Shown: positions 24,902 through 28,805 of the stretch, one piece after another
Numbering within the stretch: the stretch's first letter is position 1
Layout of the letters: the number at the start of each line of letters is the position of its first letter
From: Candidatus Methanodesulfokora washburnensis
GTDB lineage: Archaea > Korarchaeota > Korarchaeia > Korarchaeales > Korarchaeaceae
NCBI RefSeq assembly: GCF_003947435.1
Contig: NZ_RCOS01000173.1
Location: 1 to 28,805, forward strand
Direction: 5' to 3'
Length of the DNA stretch: 28,805 bases
Notes under the pieces: model-generated
What the model was told of the DNA's origin: nothing
Databases searched by the model: none
Seen by the model: only the letters and a program-made list of their open reading frames with translations
Made by a program: the position numbers and the translations under genes

Positions 24902-25465
24902 ATGCAATCAATCGAGGAGCAGATATGCAATTACATGAGGCTTCTCTATGAAAGAAGGCTTACAACAGCATCTGGAGGGAACATAAGTGTTAAAATAGGA
25001 GATAGGATTCTAATAACTCCTTCTGGTGTTCCAAAATGGAAAATAAAACCGGAAGACATAGTGGAGATGGATTTAGAGGGAAAGCTGATAAGAGGCGAGA
25101 GACCATCGAGCGAATGGAGAACCCATCTCAGAGTTTATAAGAGCAGAGATATAGGAGCAGTTATTCATGCCCACTGCCCGATAACAACCGCTCTTGCCAC
25201 ATTCGAAATTCCCTACAGGATTATATCCTACGAGGCAGAAGATCTCATATCAAGCATGGAGATAATGCCCTATATTAAGTTTGGAACTCAGGAGTTTGCT
25301 GACGCTGTTGGAAATCTGATAAAAAAGGCTGATATTATAGTTGTCAAGAATCATGGATTGATATCTGTTGGAAAAGACTTGAAGGAAGCTTTCTTTCGTC
25401 TAGAAGCGGTGGAACATAACTCCCTCATGCTTTTGATAGGACTGCTCCTCGACAGAGTGCATTGA
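24902..25465 (+). CDS. Class II aldolase/adducin-family protein (FucA/MtnB-like)
   Basis: TASGGNISVK...ITPSG...EWRTHL...IHAHCP is the pattern of the class II aldolase fold. Confidence 0.7.
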   Translation: MQSIEEQICNYMRLLYERRLTTASGGNISVKIGDRILITPSGVPKWKIKPEDIVEMDLEGKLIRGERPSSEWRTHLRVYKSRDIGAVIHAHCPITTALATFEIPYRIISYEAEDLISSMEIMPYIKFGTQEFADAVGNLIKKADIIVVKNHGLISVGKDLKEAFFRLEAVEHNSLMLLIGLLLDRVH

Positions 25466-25475
25466 GCAATAAAGC

Positions 25476-25484
25476 TTTTATATA
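25476..25484 (+). promoter_or_regulatory. TATA box of the 5S rRNA gene
   Basis: TTTTATATA is centred about 25-30 nt upstream of the first paired 5S nucleotides. Confidence 0.55.
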
Positions 25485-25503
25485 GCAAGATCAACACCTT
25501 ATT

Positions 25504-25631
25504 GGAGCGAGCGGCCATGGTGGCCGGGGACACACCCAGACCCATTCCGAACCTGGAAGTTAAGCCCGGCCACGTTGCACGGAGTACTGAGCTCCCCAAG
25601 GGCTCGGGAAACGTGCAAGCTGCTAAGCTCC
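25504..25631 (+). rRNA. rrf: 5S ribosomal RNA (free-standing)
   Basis: GCGGCCATGGTGGCCGGGGACACACCCAGACCCATTCCGAACCTGGAAGTTAAGCCCGGCCACGTT...GGGAAAC matches the archaeal 5S consensus, including the CCGAAC...GAAGTTAAGC core. Helix I is AGCGGC (25510-15) paired with GCTGCT (25619-24). An outer GGAGC/GCTCC pairing lies at 25504-08/25627-31. A T-run follows at 25636-39. The exact ends are uncertain by a few nt. Confidence 0.9.
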
Positions 25632-25691
25632 ACTCTTTTATATTCACAATGGTGCTAAAAATGTTTATTTCTGAGAGGGAGATCTTCTTTT

Positions 25692-26954
25692 ATGCACATT
25701 TCAAGGGGCTTTAAGCAATTGGAAAAAGTTGACAGTGCCTTATCCCTGTTTTTAAACTCATTGAGAAAAAGAGAACTGGATACAGAGATAGTTCACGTGG
25801 AGGAGTCAATTAACAGAGTTCTAGCTGAGGATGTGATATCAGATGTAGATGTTCCCTCGTTCGATAGAGCTGCGATGGATGGATATGCTGTCAGGGCTGA
25901 GGACACCTATGGGGCAAGTCCTAGCTCTCCTGTTGTACTCAAGCTTGTTGGGACAGTTCATCCCGGGAGAAAGCCTGATTTGAGCATAGGAAAATTTGAG
26001 GCCGCATGGATAACAACTGGCTCATACCTACCGGATGGAGCTGATGCTGTTGTCATGGCAGAAGATGCCAAGAGACTTGGAGATGAGGTGGAGATCTATT
26101 CAAGCGTCCCTCCTTGGAAAAACGTGGACAGGGCTGGGGAGGATATAAGAAAAGGGGATATCATTCTGAAAAAGGGCACCTTTCTGGGCCCCTATGAAAT
26201 AGCTGCTCTCTGTTCCATCAATTTAAGCAGAGTTAAGGTTTACAGAAGGGTTAAAGTCGGGATGATAGCAACAGGAGATGAGCTTGTTGAAGTGGGAGAT
26301 GCTGCTGTTGCTGGTAAGGTCGTGAACTCCTCAGCCCCGATGCTCAGGCTTCTCATGAGGGATCTTCCGGTTGAGGTGAAATATTATGGCATAGTCAGGG
26401 ATGAGCCATCTCATCTCGTGCCGGTCCTGAGAAAGTCAATAGCAGAGAATGATATGGTGCTCACAATAGCTGGAACAAGTATAGGAGATAGAGATCTCCT
26501 CTTCAGGGCAGTTGAGGAGGTAGAGGGAAGGATAATAGTACATGGAGTAACTCAAATGCCCGGTAGACCCACATTGCTAGCTATTTCCGCTGATGGAAAG
26601 CCGATAATAGGGCTTCCCGGATATCCTGTGGCCACTGCCATATCCTTCATGAACTTCGCCCTTCCAGTTTTGGAGAGGATAGCTGGAATAGAGGGGGAGA
26701 GGTTTATCCCAAGGATAAGGGCAAGAGTTATGTCGAGAATACCATCAAGACCGGGAATAAGACACTATGCCAGAGTTAAACTCCAGAAAATTGATGGAGA
26801 GGTATGGGCTTCTCCCATCAGGGTATCCGGTGCGGGAATAATCTCCTCCCTGAAGGATGGAGATGGTCTTCTTGTAATACCGGAGGAGGTAGAGGGAATT
26901 GAGAAGGGATCCTATGCTGATGTGATAGTGATAAAGAGGTATCTGAGGTGGTGA
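25692..26954 (+). CDS. moeA: Molybdopterin molybdenum/tungsten transferase MoeA
   Basis: VPSFDRAAMDGYAVRAEDT...ATGDELV...LTIAGTSIGDRD...MPGRPTLL...GLPGYPVA are canonical MoeA motifs. Confidence 0.85.
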   Translation: MHISRGFKQLEKVDSALSLFLNSLRKRELDTEIVHVEESINRVLAEDVISDVDVPSFDRAAMDGYAVRAEDTYGASPSSPVVLKLVGTVHPGRKPDLSIGKFEAAWITTGSYLPDGADAVVMAEDAKRLGDEVEIYSSVPPWKNVDRAGEDIRKGDIILKKGTFLGPYEIAALCSINLSRVKVYRRVKVGMIATGDELVEVGDAAVAGKVVNSSAPMLRLLMRDLPVEVKYYGIVRDEPSHLVPVLRKSIAENDMVLTIAGTSIGDRDLLFRAVEEVEGRIIVHGVTQMPGRPTLLAISADGKPIIGLPGYPVATAISFMNFALPVLERIAGIEGERFIPRIRARVMSRIPSRPGIRHYARVKLQKIDGEVWASPIRVSGAGIISSLKDGDGLLVIPEEVEGIEKGSYADVIVIKRYLRW

Positions 26955-26955
26955 A

Positions 26956-28805
26956 ATGGGAAGAGTTGTCTTCAGATCTCTTGTCAGCTTGGAGGAGGCT
27001 CTTAAAATAGCAAGAGAAAACCTTTTTTATGAGAAAAGAGTGGAGGAAGTGGATATAACAGAGGCTCTGAACAGAGTTCTAGCTGAGGACGTACATGCAG
27101 GAGTTGACATCCCTCCTTTTGACAGGGCGACTAAGGATGGATATGCTGTCAGGGCTGAGGACACCTATGGGGCAACGGAGACAGATCCCAAAAAACTTTC
27201 TGTCATAGGATATGCCTCAGCTGGCCATCCATTTCATGGATTTGTTGATAAAAATTGTGCTGTTGAGATATCAACAGGAGCACCTGTTCCCGCAGGAGCA
27301 AATTCCGTTATCATGGAGGAGTACACCAGCAGAGAGGAGGATTATGTCCTTGTCTTCAGAGCTGTTAGCCCTGGTGAGAACATACAGGGAGTGGGAACTG
27401 ATATAAGACTTGGGGAGACAATACTCAGAAAAGGGACTGTGCTGGGACCTAGAGAGATAGGAGTTCTAGCCGCAACAGGATTGAGAAAAGTGAGAGTTTT
27501 CTCCAGACCTAGGGTGGCCATAATAAGCACAGGGGATGAACTCTGTCCTCCGGGCATCTCCCTAGACTTCGGAAAAATATATGATGTGAACAGCTACACC
27601 ATATACAGCTCTGTTCTGATCGATGGATGCTTGCCTATTTACATTGGAATAGCTAGAGATGATCCTGAAGAAATCATGAGTGCCCTGAAGAAAGCTGTTG
27701 AAGAAGCAGATTTTGTGATAATATCCGGGAGCACAAGCGTTGGAGCTGGGGACATTATATATAATGCTATAAATGAAGCAGGTAAGCCAGGAGTTCTCGT
27801 GCATGGACTAGCTGTTCATCCAGGAAAGCCTGCTATCCTGGGAAGAGTCGGAAAAAAGCTTGTATTCGGACTTCCCGGTTTTCCGACAAGCTCCCTGATG
27901 ATATACAAGGTGCTAGTCTCCCCAATACTGAGAGAGGCATCCGGCATTCCGATCGGACGGGAGGAAACTATAATTGGCAGAGTTGCAAGAAGGATAGCAA
28001 AAGAGTCTGGAAGAAGGAGCTTTCTTCCAGTTGGGATAGCAAGGGATAGCAACGGAAATTTTCTCATATTCCCTCCACCAACAGGATCGGAATCGATAAC
28101 AACGCTTACAAATTTCGATGGATTCGTAGAAGTACCGGAAAACGTAAGCTTTCTTGAGGAGGGAGAGATAGTTCCTGTAAGACTCTTTGGAACTACTCAG
28201 GACATAGCAGATGTTAGCATAATAGGAAGCCACTGCATAGGGCTGGAAAAACTCTTAGAGATTGTAAGAGAGAGGGAAAGAATCAAGTTTAAGGTTGTGA
28301 GCGTTGGATCATTCAGCGGTTTTGCCTATATAAGGAGCGGGGAGGCTGATATCTCTGGCGTGCATGCGTATGATGAGGAGACGAAAACATACAACCTGAC
28401 ATTTCTGGATAAATATAAGATCAGGGATATAGCAGTGCTTGTGAGCGGATACAGGAGGCTTCAGGGATTCATTCTCGAGAAAGGGAACCCAAAGGGATTT
28501 TCAGGCATAGAGGATTTGCTGAGCGGGAGATTTAGATTGATAAATAGAAACAGGGGCTCCGGCACTAGAGCGCTGCTGGATTTCATGTTAAAGGAGCTGG
28601 CCGAAAGGAAAGGAGCCAGCTTTAACGACATAATAAATAGGATAAATGGATATTGGTATGAATCAAAAACGCACAATGGTGTTGCTTCAGCTATAAAACA
28701 TGGTTTAGCTGATGTTGGCGTGGGGATAGAGGTTGTAGCTAGATATTATGACCTAGACTTCATGCCGATTTCATATGAGGATTATGACTTCTTAGTCAGA
28801 AAGGA
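26956..28805 (+). CDS. moeA: Second MoeA paralogue fused to a C-terminal periplasmic-binding-protein-like domain; the 3' end runs off the window
   Basis: Absent from the ORF track because there is no stop in the window. My translation from ATG 26956 reads MGRVVFRSLVSLEEALKIARE...IPPFDRATKDGYAVRAEDTYGA...STGDEL...ISGSTSVGAGD...HPGKPAILG...GLPGFPTS. It continues with IIGSHCIGLEKLL...NRNRGSGTRALLD...THNGVASAIKHGLADVGVGIE, which is the PBP-like module. Confidence 0.8.
   Translation, partial: MGRVVFRSLVSLEEALKIARENLFYEKRVEEVDITEALNRVLAEDVHAGVDIPPFDRATKDGYAVRAEDTYGATETDPKKLSVIGYASAGHPFHGFVDKNCAVEISTGAPVPAGANSVIMEEYTSREEDYVLVFRAVSPGENIQGVGTDIRLGETILRKGTVLGPREIGVLAATGLRKVRVFSRPRVAIISTGDELCPPGISLDFGKIYDVNSYTIYSSVLIDGCLPIYIGIARDDPEEIMSALKKAVEEADFVIISGSTSVGAGDIIYNAINEAGKPGVLVHGLAVHPGKPAILGRVGKKLVFGLPGFPTSSLMIYKVLVSPILREASGIPIGREETIIGRVARRIAKESGRRSFLPVGIARDSNGNFLIFPPPTGSESITTLTNFDGFVEVPENVSFLEEGEIVPVRLFGTTQDIADVSIIGSHCIGLEKLLEIVRERERIKFKVVSVGSFSGFAYIRSGEADISGVHAYDEETKTYNLTFLDKYKIRDIAVLVSGYRRLQGFILEKGNPKGFSGIEDLLSGRFRLINRNRGSGTRALLDFMLKELAERKGASFNDIINRINGYWYESKTHNGVASAIKHGLADVGVGIEVVARYYDLDFMPISYEDYDFLVRK

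Noticed and set aside
25351-25714. Track ORFs 25351..25647 (-) and 25502..25714 (+)
   Set aside because: Both run through the 5S rRNA gene, and their openness is a by-product of the GC-rich RNA sequence.
27212-28233. Track ORFs 27212..27406 (+), 27342..27557 (-), 27562..27804 (-), 27816..28067 (-) and 27913..28233 (-)
   Set aside because: All lie inside the long open frame of the second moeA gene (26956 to the window end), which carries canonical MoeA motifs.
1-28805. Search by eye for CRISPR arrays, tRNA genes, integrase/att sites and large direct repeats
   Set aside because: No regularly spaced repeats, no cloverleaf candidates in any spacer and no integrase-like ORF were seen. The only mobile-element signature is the tnpB element.

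Overview
The window looks like an archaeal chromosomal segment from a thermophile. Supporting signs are AGA/AGG/ATA-rich codon usage, A/T-rich spacers with TATA-like boxes about 25 nt upstream of start codons, GC-rich RNA islands, a crenarchaeal/TACK-type single-OB SSB and a free-standing 5S rRNA. All assignments come from reading the translations and recalling family motifs; no database search was run.

Gene content from left to right:
- A small accessory patch on the minus strand: a COG1373-type AAA+ ATPase (partial), a HEPN/minimal-nucleotidyltransferase pair and a membrane-anchored deacetylase-like protein.
- An unannotated GC-rich structured RNA candidate, followed by the SSB gene with a long structured leader.
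- An acylphosphatase-like gene, an aminotransferase and two-subunit class I fumarase.
- An orphan small ORF and a solo IS1341-type tnpB. The hairpin-rich 3' end of tnpB overlaps the 3' end of sdhB convergently.
- An sdhA-C-D-B operon and a BMP-family (nucleoside/sugar) ABC transporter operon.
- A fused aconitase-X (DUF126+DUF521) gene.
- A SIS / HAD / archaeal PPAT cluster and a four-subunit 2-oxoacid:ferredoxin oxidoreductase (order alpha, beta, delta, gamma).
- A candidate C/D-box sRNA, a PPP-family phosphatase and a class II aldolase.
- The 5S rRNA, then two tandem moeA paralogues; the second is fused to a PBP-like domain and runs off the window.

No CRISPR array and no tRNA were seen.

The items most worth a second look are:
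- the TnpB/omega-RNA element and its overlap with sdhB
- the permuted AcnX fusion
- the unassigned roughly 100-nt GC-rich RNA at 3150-3260
- the orphan ORF at 7615-7929 with its embedded hairpin and operator-like repeats
- patchy nucleotide identity between the two moeA genes
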